A DNA stretch of 61,933 nucleotides, filler included. It is 6 parts of 6 records of this genome, joined end to end, with 100 filler letters (N's around TTAATTAATTAA, not from the genome) between each part and the next. Parts side by side here need not be neighbours in the genome. Positions count along the whole stretch, not along the records: positions 1 to 9,486 come from DRR723986_6860; positions 9,587 to 22,350 come from DRR723986_6867; 4 more parts are not named here. One strand, given 5' to 3'. Position numbers and translations under genes: made by a program. Shown piece by piece: positions 1 to 10,142 of the stretch (positions are counted from its first letter, which is position 1; every line of letters begins with the position of its first letter). Below the pieces are notes generated by a model. The model made no database searches, was not told the origin of the DNA, and worked only from the letters and a program-made list of their open reading frames with translations.

Positions 1-157
1 CGACGTTTACATCCTGCCCAAGCATCTGGACGAAAAGGTCGCACGCCTTCATCTGGACCGGATCGGCGTGAAGCTGAGCAAGCTGGACCCGGAGCAAGCT
101 GCCTACATCGGCGTCAGCCCGGATGGCCCGTTCAAGCCAGAGCACTACCGCTACTGA
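1..157 (+). CDS. ahcY: Adenosylhomocysteinase, C-terminal fragment (5' truncated by window)
   Basis: Frame 2 reads [18 protein letters not shown]...[10 protein letters not shown], the canonical AhcY C-terminus; TGA at 155-157. Confidence 0.95.
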   Translation, partial: DVYILPKHLDEKVARLHLDRIGVKLSKLDPEQAAYIGVSPDGPFKPEHYRY

Positions 158-178
158 TCAAACGCAACAGAATGTGAC

Positions 179-212
179 AAAGGCCGGGGTCGACAATTGC
201 CCCGGCCTTTCT
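179..212 (+). terminator. Rho-independent terminator after ahcY
   Basis: AAAGGCCGGGG (179-189) pairs with CCCCGGCCTTT (200-210), 21 nt after the ahcY stop. Confidence 0.75.
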
Positions 213-248
213 ATGTCTGATGGGTGATTGTAATTTGGGGTTAAGCCT

Positions 249-953
249 GTGCGGTTTGTGTCAGCAGTGTTTTCGATCTGCATTCTGCTTTCTGCGCTGG
301 CCTTGTTCTTGATCGCCCATCCACAATCACCGCTTCCGCCACAATGGAACCCCCTCAAACCGCTATCTGTGACCGACCCCATCACGCCCATGACGTCTTG
401 GAAGCTGAGGCAGGCTCTATCCGCTGACAGCCTCTGCCGCGCGGCGCTGGGCACCGGGGCCGCGTTTCAGGATCTCCCTGATTTTGAACAGAGTGCACAG
501 TGCCACATCAAACCGCAGGTGCGCCTGACCTCTGTGGGTGATGCCAGGATGCGCCCTCTCAACACCCGCTGCCAAACAGCTCTGCGTTTGGCGATGTGGC
601 ATCAGCATTCCATCGCGCCAAAGGCACAGGACATTCTGAACCAGCCTGTGCGCGAGATCCTTCATCTATCAAGCTACAACTGCCGTGAAATCCGCACGGC
701 CAGCGGCCCAACCGGGCGGATGAGCACCCATGCAACGGCTGACGCGGTGGACATTCGGGGCTTTGTCATGGCGGAGGGTCAAAGGATCCTGTTGCAGGAT
801 CATTGGCAGGACGGTGGTGAACGGGGCGGATTTCTGCGGGCGGTGCGGGATGGCGCATGCGATTGGTTTCGCCTGACGCTTGGCCCAGATTACAACGCCC
901 TGCATTCAGATCACTTCCATTTGCAGCACACCGGTTGGGGCCTTTGCCGATAA
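249..953 (+). CDS. Extensin-like C-terminal domain protein
   Basis: N-terminal TM/signal; motifs SYNCR, MSTHATADAVDIRGF, LGPDYNALHSDHFH typical of the Extensin-like_C family. Confidence 0.85.
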   Translation: MRFVSAVFSICILLSALALFLIAHPQSPLPPQWNPLKPLSVTDPITPMTSWKLRQALSADSLCRAALGTGAAFQDLPDFEQSAQCHIKPQVRLTSVGDARMRPLNTRCQTALRLAMWHQHSIAPKAQDILNQPVREILHLSSYNCREIRTASGPTGRMSTHATADAVDIRGFVMAEGQRILLQDHWQDGGERGGFLRAVRDGACDWFRLTLGPDYNALHSDHFHLQHTGWGLCR

Positions 954-1102
954 AGACGAGGGCTATCAGCCGTGAAGCAAGGGTGCATATGCGACGACAA
1001 CGCTAGAAATTTCCCCTTTGTCGGTTTGGGATTACGGATTAGTCTCTGCCCGAGATCAGGCATTCTGATCAGTCAATTCAATTTAAGGTGGGAGAATTCT
1101 GT

Positions 1103-1444
1103 ATGGGCAAGCGTGACGAATGGATCGCAAAATATGCGGACGATCTGAAGAACAAATGTGGCATGACGCCAGACATGGACCTGTTGACCAAAGTGACCAT
1201 CGGTTGCGGTCCGTCGATCTACAATGCGGATGCACAAACCGTCGCGGCCAGTCAGGACAGCGAGCTGGAGTTGGTCAAAAACAACTTTCTCATCAAGAAA
1301 CTGGGCATGTCTGATAGCCCCGAACTGATGGCGGGTATCAACAAGGCGATCGAAACCTACGGCAAGTCCGAGCGCAATAAATACCGCGCTGTGATCTATT
1401 ACATGCTGACCAAGCACTTTGGCAAAGAGGCCGTCTACGGCTAA
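1103..1444 (+). CDS. DUF2853 family protein
   Basis: MGKRDEWIAKY...GCGPSIYNADA...ERNKYRAVIYYMLTKHFGKE; GGAG RBS at 1091, ATG at 1103. Confidence 0.85.
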   Translation: MGKRDEWIAKYADDLKNKCGMTPDMDLLTKVTIGCGPSIYNADAQTVAASQDSELELVKNNFLIKKLGMSDSPELMAGINKAIETYGKSERNKYRAVIYYMLTKHFGKEAVYG

Positions 1445-1463
1445 GCCTGCCCCGATTTTATGC

Positions 1464-1500
1464 AAACGCCCGCTTTTGGTTAAGCGGGCGTTTCTTTTTC
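1464..1500 (+). terminator. Rho-independent terminator after DUF2853
   Basis: AAACGCCCGCTT / AAGCGGGCGTTT stem followed by CTTTTT. Confidence 0.8.
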
Positions 1501-1560
1501 TGGTGGGCTTTGAAGTATCATTTTCTTGGCTCAAGACTGCGCAAATGCTATCAAAATCAA

Positions 1561-1657
1561 AGGCCAGTAAGGCCAGAACAGATTTCGATACGTGTGCGGG
1601 GTTATGGGAGCACACGGGGTGAGAAGGGTTCTGGCATATGTGCCGGAACCCTTTTTT
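1561..1657 (+). ncRNA. Candidate ~100-nt small RNA
   Basis: TTGGCT-N17-TATCAA promoter-like motif at 1526-1554, hairpin CGTGTGC/GCACACG (1591-1616), then stem AAGGGTTCTGGCA/TGCCGGAACCCTT + T-run (1624-1657) oriented for the + strand. Confidence 0.35.
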
Positions 1658-1661
1658 AGTT

Positions 1662-2054
1662 TCAGAACAGCATCAGCACCAGACCAATGATGGCGCAGCC
1701 AAATGTGGCATAACCGCCGTCGATCAGGGTCAGGCGAAAGGGACGGCCAGCATAGCCATTGTTGATCATGATCCAGGGGCTGATGAAGAACAGACCGACG
1801 CCCAGACCGGACAGCAGCCCTTTGCCCATCGTATCAATCCCCGAAAGAGAAAACGTATGCCGCATCATCCCCGCCACCAGGATCATGGCAATTCCGGCAA
1901 GGATGAAGGGCGTCTTGGAAGACCCCTCAGGCTTGCCATCTGCACCCAGCTTTAGGCCGACCGCTTCCATCCACGGTTTTGACAGCACACCGTACCAGAC
2001 TGCCCCAAAGGCAAACCCCGCGGCGGCGGCAATGATCACTGCTAGAAAATCCAT
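1662..2054 (-). CDS. DUF1761 family membrane protein
   Basis: MDFLAVIIAAAAGFAFGAVWYG...W...; four hydrophobic segments; LIDGGY motif; GGAGG RBS upstream of ATG 2054. Confidence 0.85.
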   Translation of the reverse strand: MDFLAVIIAAAAGFAFGAVWYGVLSKPWMEAVGLKLGADGKPEGSSKTPFILAGIAMILVAGMMRHTFSLSGIDTMGKGLLSGLGVGLFFISPWIMINNGYAGRPFRLTLIDGGYATFGCAIIGLVLMLF

Positions 2055-2189
2055 GTTGTCCCTCCAATTTTTTGGCATTCTACGCAGCCGGGGCAGAAAA
2101 ATGCCAGAAAAATGGAAAATTCTGCAATATGTCAGGCGATACAGACAGCCTTTCGATCATGGCACTGGCATTGCCATGCCTTACCTCAT

Positions 2190-2609
2190 TTAAGGTTCGG
2201 TTTTCCCCAAATCACAGATCACCTGCCATTCGAGATCTGTCACGGGCTGCACGGACAAGCGGGAATTTTTGACCAGCACCATTTCAGCCAAGCGCGGGTC
2301 CGTTTTGATCTGGTCGAGTGAAACTGGCACCTCAAACGCGCGGACGGCCTTGATGTCTACGCATTCCCAACGGTCATCATCGGTTGTGCTGTCTGGATGA
2401 GATTCCGCACAAACCTCGACAATGCCGACCACTGATTTCTCTTTCATCGAATGGTAAAAGAAGCCCCGGTCGCCGAGCTTCATTTCGCGCATGAAGTTGC
2501 GAGCCTGATAATTGCGCACGCCATCCCATTCCTCGCCCTCATCGCCCTTGGCAACCTGATCATCCCAGCCCCATGTGTTGGGTTCCGATTTGAAAAGCCA
2601 ATATGCCAT
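2190..2609 (-). CDS. EVE domain protein
   Basis: MAYWLFKSEP...WDGVRNYQARNFMREMKLGD..FFYHS...SRLSVQPV. Confidence 0.93.
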   Translation of the reverse strand: MAYWLFKSEPNTWGWDDQVAKGDEGEEWDGVRNYQARNFMREMKLGDRGFFYHSMKEKSVVGIVEVCAESHPDSTTDDDRWECVDIKAVRAFEVPVSLDQIKTDPRLAEMVLVKNSRLSVQPVTDLEWQVICDLGKTEP

Positions 2610-2881
2610 CAGCCGATCACCCTGTTCCAATGGGTCAGCGTCACAGACTGGAACAATCCAGCCTTGGCATAGGGATCATTATTGGCCCAGTTTTGCGCTT
2701 CGGTCATGTCCGCCACATCGAGAATGATCAAGGAACCGACCATTCCACCATCCGCATCCAAAAGCGGACCGGCCTGCGCAACCACATCGGTTGATTTAAG
2801 GTAGTCCAAATGCGCCGGGCGGTTCTCTTTGCGGATCTCCAATGCACCGGGTTTGTCGTGGGCCATCAGGGCAACAAGCAT
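2609..2881 (-). CDS. YciI family protein
   Basis: R..NRPAHLDYL...AGPLL...GSLII...DPY motif; TGATG overlap with EVE gene. Confidence 0.9.
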   Translation of the reverse strand: MLVALMAHDKPGALEIRKENRPAHLDYLKSTDVVAQAGPLLDADGGMVGSLIILDVADMTEAQNWANNDPYAKAGLFQSVTLTHWNRVIG

Positions 2882-2882
2882 A

Positions 2883-3836
2883 TCATTCTTCCTTCAAGGG
2901 TCGGGCCAAAAGCGATTTCATCGCGTCGGGTACATCTTGCCTGCCATCCAACACCGCTGCAACGGCGGCGGTGATTGGCATGTCCAAATCGGCAGCTTGG
3001 CTCAGGGCATAAACTGCGCTGGCCGTTGCCGCCCCTTCAACTGTGGTTCCCGGATCAAAGGTATCCCCCCGCCCCAAAGCCAGGCCAAGACGGTAGTTCC
3101 GCGATTGATCAGAGGTGCAGGTCAGTGTCAGATCGCCAAAGCCGGACAGGCCAGATAGCGTGGTTGGATCTGATTTCAGATGGCGCGCAAGGCGCTGCAT
3201 CTCTGCATATCCGCGGGTCATCAAAGCGGCGCGTGCGCTTTCGCCCAAACCTGCGCCCATCGCGGCCCCGCAGGCAATGGCGATGACATTCTTCAAGGCG
3301 CCGCCCAGTTCCGCTCCGATGGTATCACTGGTGCGGTAAAGGCGTAGATTTGCCGTTGTTAGTGCCTGTTGCAGGTGCCTTCCCGCCGCATCATCGGCGC
3401 AGGCAAGGGTTAGTGCCGTGGGCAGGCCACGTGCAATATCGGCGGCAAAACTGGGACCGGTCAGGATGGCCGCTATTGCATCCGGCACTTCATGCTGGAT
3501 CACAGATACCGGCCCGATGCCCGTGCTCAGTTCAATACCTTTGCAGCACGCCACCAGATGTTTGCCAGACAGAACCTTTGTGTTCGCAGTCAGCATTTGG
3601 CGCAGTTTTTGCATCGGAACGGCCAGCAGAACGATGTCTGCGCGCTCAATGTCATTCAAGTTATCAGTGAGTGTCAGCTTCTCGGGGAAAGGACAGTCGG
3701 GCAACCGCGCGGTGTTTTCGCGCTGTGCCGCCATATCGCGCAGATCTCTTGCCCAAAGGGTGACGGGGCCGGATCCGGCCAATGAAATAGCCAGAGCCGT
3801 GCCAAATGCGCCTGCGCCCAGAACAGCAATACTCAT
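2883..3836 (-). CDS. gpsA: NAD(P)H-dependent glycerol-3-phosphate dehydrogenase
   Basis: [49 protein letters not shown]. Confidence 0.95.
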   Translation of the reverse strand: MSIAVLGAGAFGTALAISLAGSGPVTLWARDLRDMAAQRENTARLPDCPFPEKLTLTDNLNDIERADIVLLAVPMQKLRQMLTANTKVLSGKHLVACCKGIELSTGIGPVSVIQHEVPDAIAAILTGPSFAADIARGLPTALTLACADDAAGRHLQQALTTANLRLYRTSDTIGAELGGALKNVIAIACGAAMGAGLGESARAALMTRGYAEMQRLARHLKSDPTTLSGLSGFGDLTLTCTSDQSRNYRLGLALGRGDTFDPGTTVEGAATASAVYALSQAADLDMPITAAVAAVLDGRQDVPDAMKSLLARPLKEE

Positions 3837-4921
3837 GCTTTGGCTCCTTTCTTGCCCGACCCAAGCATGGACGGGGTGGTTTGATCCAACGGCCAACGGG
3901 GCCGCGCCGAAAGGGTCAGATCATCCGCGAGACGGTGCTGCGCCTGTTCGGCGGCGGCATAGGCGATCATCGCGGCATTATCGGTACACAGCGCAAGCGG
4001 CGGCGCGATGAACCTGGCTTGGTTCTGGTCCGAAACAGTCTCTAATGCGGTCCGAATGGCCGAATTTGATGCAACGCCGCCCGCCACACATAGACTGCGG
4101 TTTGCGCTATCGGGATAGTGATCAAAGGCACGGCGGGTCTTTTCTGCGAGCACATCTACCACTGCGGCCTGAAATCCCGCTGCGAGGTCTGATTGATCCT
4201 GTTTCGTCAATCCGCCCTGCGCGGAAACCAAAGCATCCCGTTGACGCAGAACAGCCGTTTTCAACCCGGAGAACGACATATCGCTGCCCGGACGGTCCAA
4301 TAGTGGGCGCGGAAAGGCAAACCGCTTGGGATCACCGGCCTTTGCCGCCTGTTCGATGGCGGGTCCGCCAGGCTGTGGCAGGGCGATCAACCGCGCAACT
4401 TTGTCATAGGCCTCGCCCGGTGCATCGTCGATTGTACCGCCAAGACGTTTGTAATGGTCAGGGCCGGAAACCAACAAGAACTGACAATGTCCGCCCGATA
4501 CCAGCAACATCAGATAGGGATAGAGGACATTATCCGTCAGCCGCGGCGTCAACGCATGCCCTGCAAGGTGGTTCACACCATAAAGCGGCTTGCCCGTTGC
4601 TGCCGACAATCCCTTGGCGCACATCACCCCTGAAACCACACCGCCGATCAGCCCCGGACCAGCAGTCACACCAATGGCGTCGATGTCAGCAAGAGTGATA
4701 TTTGCCTGTGTTAGAGCCTGCTCGACGCAAAGATCCAGCTTTTCCGCATGGGCGCGGGCCGCGATCTCGGGCACTACGCCGCCAAAGGCCGCATGCAGGT
4801 CGGTTTGACCGGCCACAACCGATGACAATACCTCTGCACCCTTTTCGCCGACACGCACCAATGCGGCTGCGGTATCATCGCAGCTGCTTTCGATGCCGAG
4901 AATGGTCATGGTCTTTGTCAT
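3833..4921 (-). CDS. tsaD: tRNA N6-threonylcarbamoyltransferase
   Basis: [54 protein letters not shown]. Confidence 0.96.
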   Translation of the reverse strand: MTKTMTILGIESSCDDTAAALVRVGEKGAEVLSSVVAGQTDLHAAFGGVVPEIAARAHAEKLDLCVEQALTQANITLADIDAIGVTAGPGLIGGVVSGVMCAKGLSAATGKPLYGVNHLAGHALTPRLTDNVLYPYLMLLVSGGHCQFLLVSGPDHYKRLGGTIDDAPGEAYDKVARLIALPQPGGPAIEQAAKAGDPKRFAFPRPLLDRPGSDMSFSGLKTAVLRQRDALVSAQGGLTKQDQSDLAAGFQAAVVDVLAEKTRRAFDHYPDSANRSLCVAGGVASNSAIRTALETVSDQNQARFIAPPLALCTDNAAMIAYAAAEQAQHRLADDLTLSARPRWPLDQTTPSMLGSGKKGAKA

Positions 4922-4994
4922 GGCGCTATCCGTTGCATGGGGCGTCCCTCGCAGGTAACACCGCAAGGAGGGGCAAACAATGCCGGGACATTCA

Positions 4995-5699
4995 ATGACC
5001 AATCCGATTTTGTTGATCACACGGCCCAGGCGCAGCGCGGAACGGTTCCTTGCGCGGCTTGATCCGGTGCTTTTGACCAAGGTCGATGTCGTGCTTTCGC
5101 CTTTGTTGGAGATTGTCCCAACCCAAAATCCGGTCGATCTTGATGCTGCCACTGCGGTGATCTTCACCTCTGCCAATGCCGTTTCGTTTTGCCCGCAGGG
5201 GCAGGGGCGCATCGCCTATTGCGTGGGTGAACAGACCGCAGAAGCCGCGATTGCCCATGGCTGGCGCAGTGCGTGTACAGCGCGGGATGCGGATGATCTG
5301 GTTGCACGATTGACTGCCGATGCGCCCCAAAGCAGGCTCGTCCATTTGGCGGGAAAGCATCGGAGGGGCGATATTGCAGCGCGATTGACAGCAAGCGGAG
5401 TCCAGACAGATGTGGTCGAAGTTTACGATCAGGCGCTTTTATCGCTAACAGTTGAGGCACAGTCCGCGTTGGCCAGCGAAGCAAGGGTTTTGCTGCCGCT
5501 TTTTTCCCCAAGAACCGCGGGGCATTTTGCCGCAGAGTTGCAGTCGGCCCAGAACCTCCAGATCGTCGCCATCAGCGCCGCGGTTGTTGAGGCGCTGGGC
5601 GAAAACGCGCCTGAGGATGTGATCATTGCAAAGGCACCAACGGGCAAAGATATGGTGCAATGCATTGAAAAACAGCTGCGCACCTACAGCTTAGCTTGA
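4995..5699 (+). CDS. hemD: Uroporphyrinogen-III synthase
   Basis: LLITRP start, [23 protein letters not shown]; sits upstream of Mic60/hemY; start could be 4980. Confidence 0.85.
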   Translation: MTNPILLITRPRRSAERFLARLDPVLLTKVDVVLSPLLEIVPTQNPVDLDAATAVIFTSANAVSFCPQGQGRIAYCVGEQTAEAAIAHGWRSACTARDADDLVARLTADAPQSRLVHLAGKHRRGDIAARLTASGVQTDVVEVYDQALLSLTVEAQSALASEARVLLPLFSPRTAGHFAAELQSAQNLQIVAISAAVVEALGENAPEDVIIAKAPTGKDMVQCIEKQLRTYSLA

Positions 5700-5771
5700 A
5701 GGCAGGTTTGATTGCCGGATACAATCGGGTGGTTAAACTGATCTGTCGATCAGAATCGGAAAGGTTGCAGA

Positions 5772-7130
5772 GTGGCTAAAGCGAAGAGACCCGTTACCGG
5801 AAACTCCTCCACATCAGCGAAAGCCGGTTCGGGAGGCAAGGAAACTGCATCCCGCGCCCCCAAAGTGTCAAAACCGGCCGCGGCGAAACCAAAGCCTGCA
5901 AGTGCCAAGCCAAAGCCCGCCGTATCCAAGGCCGCACCGGCCAAATCTGCGACCGCCAAATCGGTTTCGGAAAAGGCGCCTGAGAAGGGCGCTGTGAAAG
6001 AAACCACTGTAGCGGCAGCAGATCAGAAAAAGCCGGAAGCGGTAAAAGCATCCGAAGCGGCAAAGCCGGTGGAAACAAACAAGCCGGCCACTTCGACAGC
6101 CAAGCCAACGGAGTCTGCCACCAAACCCGCAGAAACCAGCGCGGCAAAGCAAACCACGCCGCCACCTGCGGCTGCGGAGAAACCCGTGCCGTCGGCACCT
6201 GCCTCTCAAGACCGCCAGAGTATATTTCTGCCGCTGGTTCTGGGCGGCGCTGTTGCCTTTGGCGCTGGTTTCTTGGCCTCTCAACTAGACCTGTTCGATT
6301 TGCGCGAAGACACGTCTGGCATGACGGCGCAGTTGTCGGCCCAAGCCGACAGGATCGCGGCGCTTGAGACTGCACAAGCACAGGTCGCACCGGTCGCCAA
6401 TACAGACGAGATTACAGCGCAGCTTTCTGGCATTGAGGGTCAGTTGGCCGCTTTGCAGGACCGCCTGAGCACAGTTGAAAAGCAACCCGTTGGCGAGGGC
6501 GCATCGGCCGCAGCGATTTCCGCCTACGAACGGGATCTGGCGTCGCTGCAATCATCGGTCGAGGCTCAGAAAGCCGAGATCGAAGCATTGTTAAACAACG
6601 CCAGAACCGTGGAAGAAGCGACCGCCGATGCGGCGCGGCAGGCAACGTTGCAAAACGCCCTGGCGCAGGTCACCGCAGCCGTGAATGCGGGCGCACCATT
6701 TGACGGACCCCTGGCACAGCTTAAGGCAGGCGGAATGGCAGATGTGCCGGACGCCCTGAATGCACTGTCTCAAACCGGTGTGGTGACGCTGATCAATTTG
6801 CAAACGAGATTTCCCGATGCGGCCCGTGCGGCCCTGACAGATGCCCGCGCAGCAGGCGTAGATGATGCCGAAGGCGGTCTTGGCGGGTTCCTGCGCCGCC
6901 AGTTGGGTGCCCGGTCTGTTGCCCCGCGTGAAGGCAGTGACCCCGATGCGGTGCTGTCACGGGCTGAGGATGCGGTGCGTAACGGCCGGCTTGGTGATGC
7001 GCTATCCGAACTTGATGCCTTGCCGGATTCATCCAAGGCGGCGATGCAAGGTTGGCTGACCGATGCGCGCGCGCGCCATGATGCAATGCAGGCGATCCAA
7101 ACCCTGTCCCAACGCCTGACGGCAAACTGA
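5772..7130 (+). CDS. COG4223 / mitofilin-family (alphaproteobacterial Mic60-like) membrane protein
   Basis: Low-complexity Ala/Lys/Pro N-terminus, single TM (LPLVLGGAVAFGAGF), coiled coil, C-terminal DPDAVLSRAE...GRL.DAL.EL..LP...W..DARAR; hemD-X-hemY synteny. Confidence 0.8.
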   Translation: MAKAKRPVTGNSSTSAKAGSGGKETASRAPKVSKPAAAKPKPASAKPKPAVSKAAPAKSATAKSVSEKAPEKGAVKETTVAAADQKKPEAVKASEAAKPVETNKPATSTAKPTESATKPAETSAAKQTTPPPAAAEKPVPSAPASQDRQSIFLPLVLGGAVAFGAGFLASQLDLFDLREDTSGMTAQLSAQADRIAALETAQAQVAPVANTDEITAQLSGIEGQLAALQDRLSTVEKQPVGEGASAAAISAYERDLASLQSSVEAQKAEIEALLNNARTVEEATADAARQATLQNALAQVTAAVNAGAPFDGPLAQLKAGGMADVPDALNALSQTGVVTLINLQTRFPDAARAALTDARAAGVDDAEGGLGGFLRRQLGARSVAPREGSDPDAVLSRAEDAVRNGRLGDALSELDALPDSSKAAMQGWLTDARARHDAMQAIQTLSQRLTAN

Positions 7131-7143
7131 GGTACATGAATTT

Positions 7144-8628
7144 ATGCTGTGGTCCTTGATCAAGATTATCCTGTTTGTTGCGGCGGTTGCGGTGCTGGCA
7201 TGGGGCGCGGGCTTCCTTTTGGAAAGTGAAGGCGGCGTTCAGGTGACGGTGCTGGGCACGGAGTACAGTTTCGGCCCACTGCAATCGGTGATCGCTATCG
7301 GGCTCTTGATCATCGCGGTTTGGCTGCTGATCAAGGTTGTATCGCTTTTGGTTGCGACCTGGCATTTCCTGAACGGTGATGAGACCGCGTTGTCGCGGTA
7401 TTTTGATCGCAACCGGGAGCGCAAAGGCTATGACGCATTGGCCGAAGGGCTGATGGCGCTGGCCAGTGGTGAGGGCCGCGTGGCGATGGCAAAGGCCGCG
7501 AAGGCGGACAAATATCTGGACAAACCGGCGCTGACCAACCTGTTGACGGCGCAGGCGGCAGAGTTGGCTGGTGATCGGCGTAAGGCCGAGGAAACCTATC
7601 GCAAACTGGTTGAGGATGAATCGACCCGATTTGTCGGCGTGCGCGGCATCATGAAACAAAAGCTGGCGGATGGGGATACCGAGACCGCGCTGAAACTGGC
7701 GGAAAAGGCATTTGCACTGAAGCCCAAGCATGAAGAAACCGGTGATGTTCTTTTAAAGCTTCAGGCGGAGAAAGAAGATTGGTCTGGCGCACGGCAAACC
7801 CTGAGCGCCAAGTTAAAGAACGGCCAGTTGCCCCGCGATGTTCACAAGCGCCGCGATGCGGTTCTGGCCTTGTCAGAGGCCAAGGATGTGATTGCGGATG
7901 GCAAAAGCATCGAAGCGCGTGAAGCGGCCATTGTGGCCAATAAAATGTCGCCCGATCTGGTGCCAGCCGCCGTGATGGCGGCACATGGGTATGTGGATCA
8001 GGGCAAGCCGCGCTATGCGACCCGTGTTCTGACCAAAGCGTGGAGCGTTCACCCGCATCCTGATCTGGCCGCCGCCTTTGCCGCGGTTGAACCGGACGAA
8101 AAGCCCGAGGCGCGGATCAAGCGGTTTAACGCTTTGGTCAAATCGCAACCGGATCATCCCGAAACCAAGATGCTGCTTGCCGAACTGCACATCGCCAACG
8201 AAGATTTCCCGCAGGCGCGCCGTGCCTTGGGCGATTTGGTAGAAAACGATCCAACCGCACGGTCCGTGACCTTGATGGCGGCGATTGAACGGGGTGAGGG
8301 GGCGTCTGATACCATTGTCAAAGGATGGTTGGCGCGGGCATTGACGGTCTCACGCGGGCCACAATGGATTTGCGAAAACTGTCACCACATTCATGCCGAA
8401 TGGCACCCGATCTGTGAAAACTGCAAGAGCTTTGACACGCTGGAATGGAAGACCCCTCCAATGTCCGAGGTTGCCATGCCCGGCGGCGTTCAGATGCTGC
8501 CGCTGATTGTCGGTGCGATTGAGGACAACTCGGGCGCAGATGGCCCCGGCCCGGTCAAAGACACTGATGCGATTGAGGATGCCGAATTGGTGGATGATCC
8601 GGCAGAAGGTGACGCAAAGGCGCCTTAA
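7144..8628 (+). CDS. hemY: HemY_N/TPR membrane protein with C-terminal CxxC...CxxC ribbon
   Basis: Two N-terminal TMs, TPR-like helices, WICENCHHIHAEWHPICENC. Confidence 0.85.
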   Translation: MLWSLIKIILFVAAVAVLAWGAGFLLESEGGVQVTVLGTEYSFGPLQSVIAIGLLIIAVWLLIKVVSLLVATWHFLNGDETALSRYFDRNRERKGYDALAEGLMALASGEGRVAMAKAAKADKYLDKPALTNLLTAQAAELAGDRRKAEETYRKLVEDESTRFVGVRGIMKQKLADGDTETALKLAEKAFALKPKHEETGDVLLKLQAEKEDWSGARQTLSAKLKNGQLPRDVHKRRDAVLALSEAKDVIADGKSIEAREAAIVANKMSPDLVPAAVMAAHGYVDQGKPRYATRVLTKAWSVHPHPDLAAAFAAVEPDEKPEARIKRFNALVKSQPDHPETKMLLAELHIANEDFPQARRALGDLVENDPTARSVTLMAAIERGEGASDTIVKGWLARALTVSRGPQWICENCHHIHAEWHPICENCKSFDTLEWKTPPMSEVAMPGGVQMLPLIVGAIEDNSGADGPGPVKDTDAIEDAELVDDPAEGDAKAP

Positions 8629-8637
8629 CCGGGCGCC

Positions 8638-9423
8638 TTATTTCCCCTTCCAAACCGGATCACGTTTCTCCGCAAAGGCGCGGGCGCCTTCCATCTGATC
8701 TTCTGAGGCATACAGCCGGTCAACCGTGGGCAACTGCCGCTTGGTGATCCGGTTCATCGTATCTTGAAACTTGCTGTCTTCCGCGTCGCGCACGATTTCC
8801 TTGATTGCGGCATAGACCAGTGGCGGACCGGAGGCGAGCAGGCGTGCCAGCTCCCATGCACGGTCGAGCAGTTGATCGCCCGGAACGATTTCGTTGATCA
8901 GTCCCCATGCCTTGGCTTCATCGACATCAAACCACCGCCCGGTCAAAAGCAGTTCCATCGCGATGTGATAAGGAATGCGCTTGGGCAGTTTCACACTTGC
9001 GGCATCGGCCACGGTGCCCGATCTGATCTCGGGCAGGGCGAATGTGGCATGATCGGCGGCAAGGATCATATCGGCGCTCAACGCCAGTTCCAGCCCGCCA
9101 CCACAGGCAATACCATTGACGGCAGCAATGATCGGTTTGTTCAGATCACGCATTTCCTGCATGCCGCCAAACCCGCCAACGCCATAATCGCCATCTACCG
9201 CATCGCCATCAGCAGCGGCTTTGAGATCCCAACCGGGGCAAAAGAATTTCTCGCCGCCGCCGGTGATGATGGCCACGCGCAGGGCCGGATCATCGCGGAA
9301 ATCTGCAAAGACCTCACCCATGAGGCGCGATGTTTGCAGGTCGATCGCATTGGCCTTGGGGCGGTCCAGCGTCACTTGCAAGATCGCGCCTTCGCGGTGG
9401 GTTTTGACGGGGCTGTCTGTCAT
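8638..9423 (-). CDS. caiD: Carnitinyl-CoA dehydratase (crotonase family)
   Basis: LDRPKANAID, FFCPGWDLKAAA, AAVNG.A.GGG.ELAL, FALPE, EG.RAFAEKRDPVWKGK closely follow CaiD. Confidence 0.8.
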   Translation of the reverse strand: MTDSPVKTHREGAILQVTLDRPKANAIDLQTSRLMGEVFADFRDDPALRVAIITGGGEKFFCPGWDLKAAADGDAVDGDYGVGGFGGMQEMRDLNKPIIAAVNGIACGGGLELALSADMILAADHATFALPEIRSGTVADAASVKLPKRIPYHIAMELLLTGRWFDVDEAKAWGLINEIVPGDQLLDRAWELARLLASGPPLVYAAIKEIVRDAEDSKFQDTMNRITKRQLPTVDRLYASEDQMEGARAFAEKRDPVWKGK

Positions 9424-9434
9424 CGGATGGCCTT

Positions 9435-9486
9435 TCAATTTAGGTCTGGGTCGCGCCGCAACAGGGCATCGGCGGCGATGGCATCG
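9435..9486 (-). CDS. C-terminal tail of upstream gene, possibly acyl-CoA ligase (truncated by contig end)
   Basis: DAIAADALLRRDPDLN* ends 11 nt before caiD start; xADAL ending resembles ADP-forming acyl-CoA ligases. Confidence 0.4.
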
Positions 9487-9586
9487 NNNNNNNNNNNNNN
9501 NNNNNNNNNNNNNNNNNNNNNNNNNNNNNNTTAATTAATTAANNNNNNNNNNNNNNNNNNNNNNNNNNNNNNNNNNNNNNNNNNNN
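9487..9586. other. Artificial contig linker
   Basis: 44 N + TTAATTAATTAA (stops in six frames) + 44 N. Confidence 0.98.
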
Positions 9587-9875
9587 CAACATGAACTACT
9601 CCATCTCCAACACTGCGGAATATGGTGAATATGTCTCCGGTCCGCGCATCCTGCCATATGATGAAACCAAGGCACGGATGAAGGCCGTATTGACCGACAT
9701 CCAGACCGGCAAATTTGTCCGCGACTTCATGCAGGAAAACGCCGTTGGCCAGCCGTTCTTCAAAGGCACGCGCCGCATCAACGACGAACACCAGATCGAA
9801 GAAACCGGCGAGAAACTGCGCGGCATGATGCCTTGGATCTCTGCGGGCAAGATGGTCGATAAAGCCAAGAACTGA
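9587..9875 (+). CDS. ilvC: Ketol-acid reductoisomerase, C-terminal fragment
   Basis: [19 protein letters not shown]...DIQTGKF...[15 protein letters not shown]. Confidence 0.95.
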
Positions 9876-9895
9876 GGTTTTCGAACCGACAATAC

Positions 9896-9930
9896 AGCGC
9901 CCAGCAGCCCGTTCTGCTGGGCGCTTTTTT
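9896..9930 (+). terminator. Rho-independent terminator after ilvC
   Basis: AGCGCCCAGCAG / CTGCTGGGCGCT + T-run. Confidence 0.85.
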
Positions 9931-10142
9931 GTGGTCCAGCCCCCTGCCAACACGCCGCATCAAGAAGATTGCACGCTGCGGATCAAGGGCTGAGCCATGC
10001 GTCCCTCCAGCCCACGAACGCAGCAGGTTGCCGAAAAGCAGCACCGCCATCTTTCGGCCTATGGCGAAGTGTTTCCGATTGACCCCGCCCCTCCGGCGGG
10101 TTTTCTTGCGCGCATTCACAACCCCAATCACAAGGGACACCT

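Noticed and set aside
3833-5212. Long N-terminal extensions in the ORF track (tsaD from 5212, also hypB 61300, hydrolase 43323, rpiA 47120)
   Set aside because: They overlap neighbouring genes or precede the conserved N-terminal motifs; downstream starts fit better
9531-9542. TTAATTAATTAA repeated five times in the window
   Set aside because: Always centred in identical N-padding; an assembly spacer, not an att site, CtrA box or repeat family
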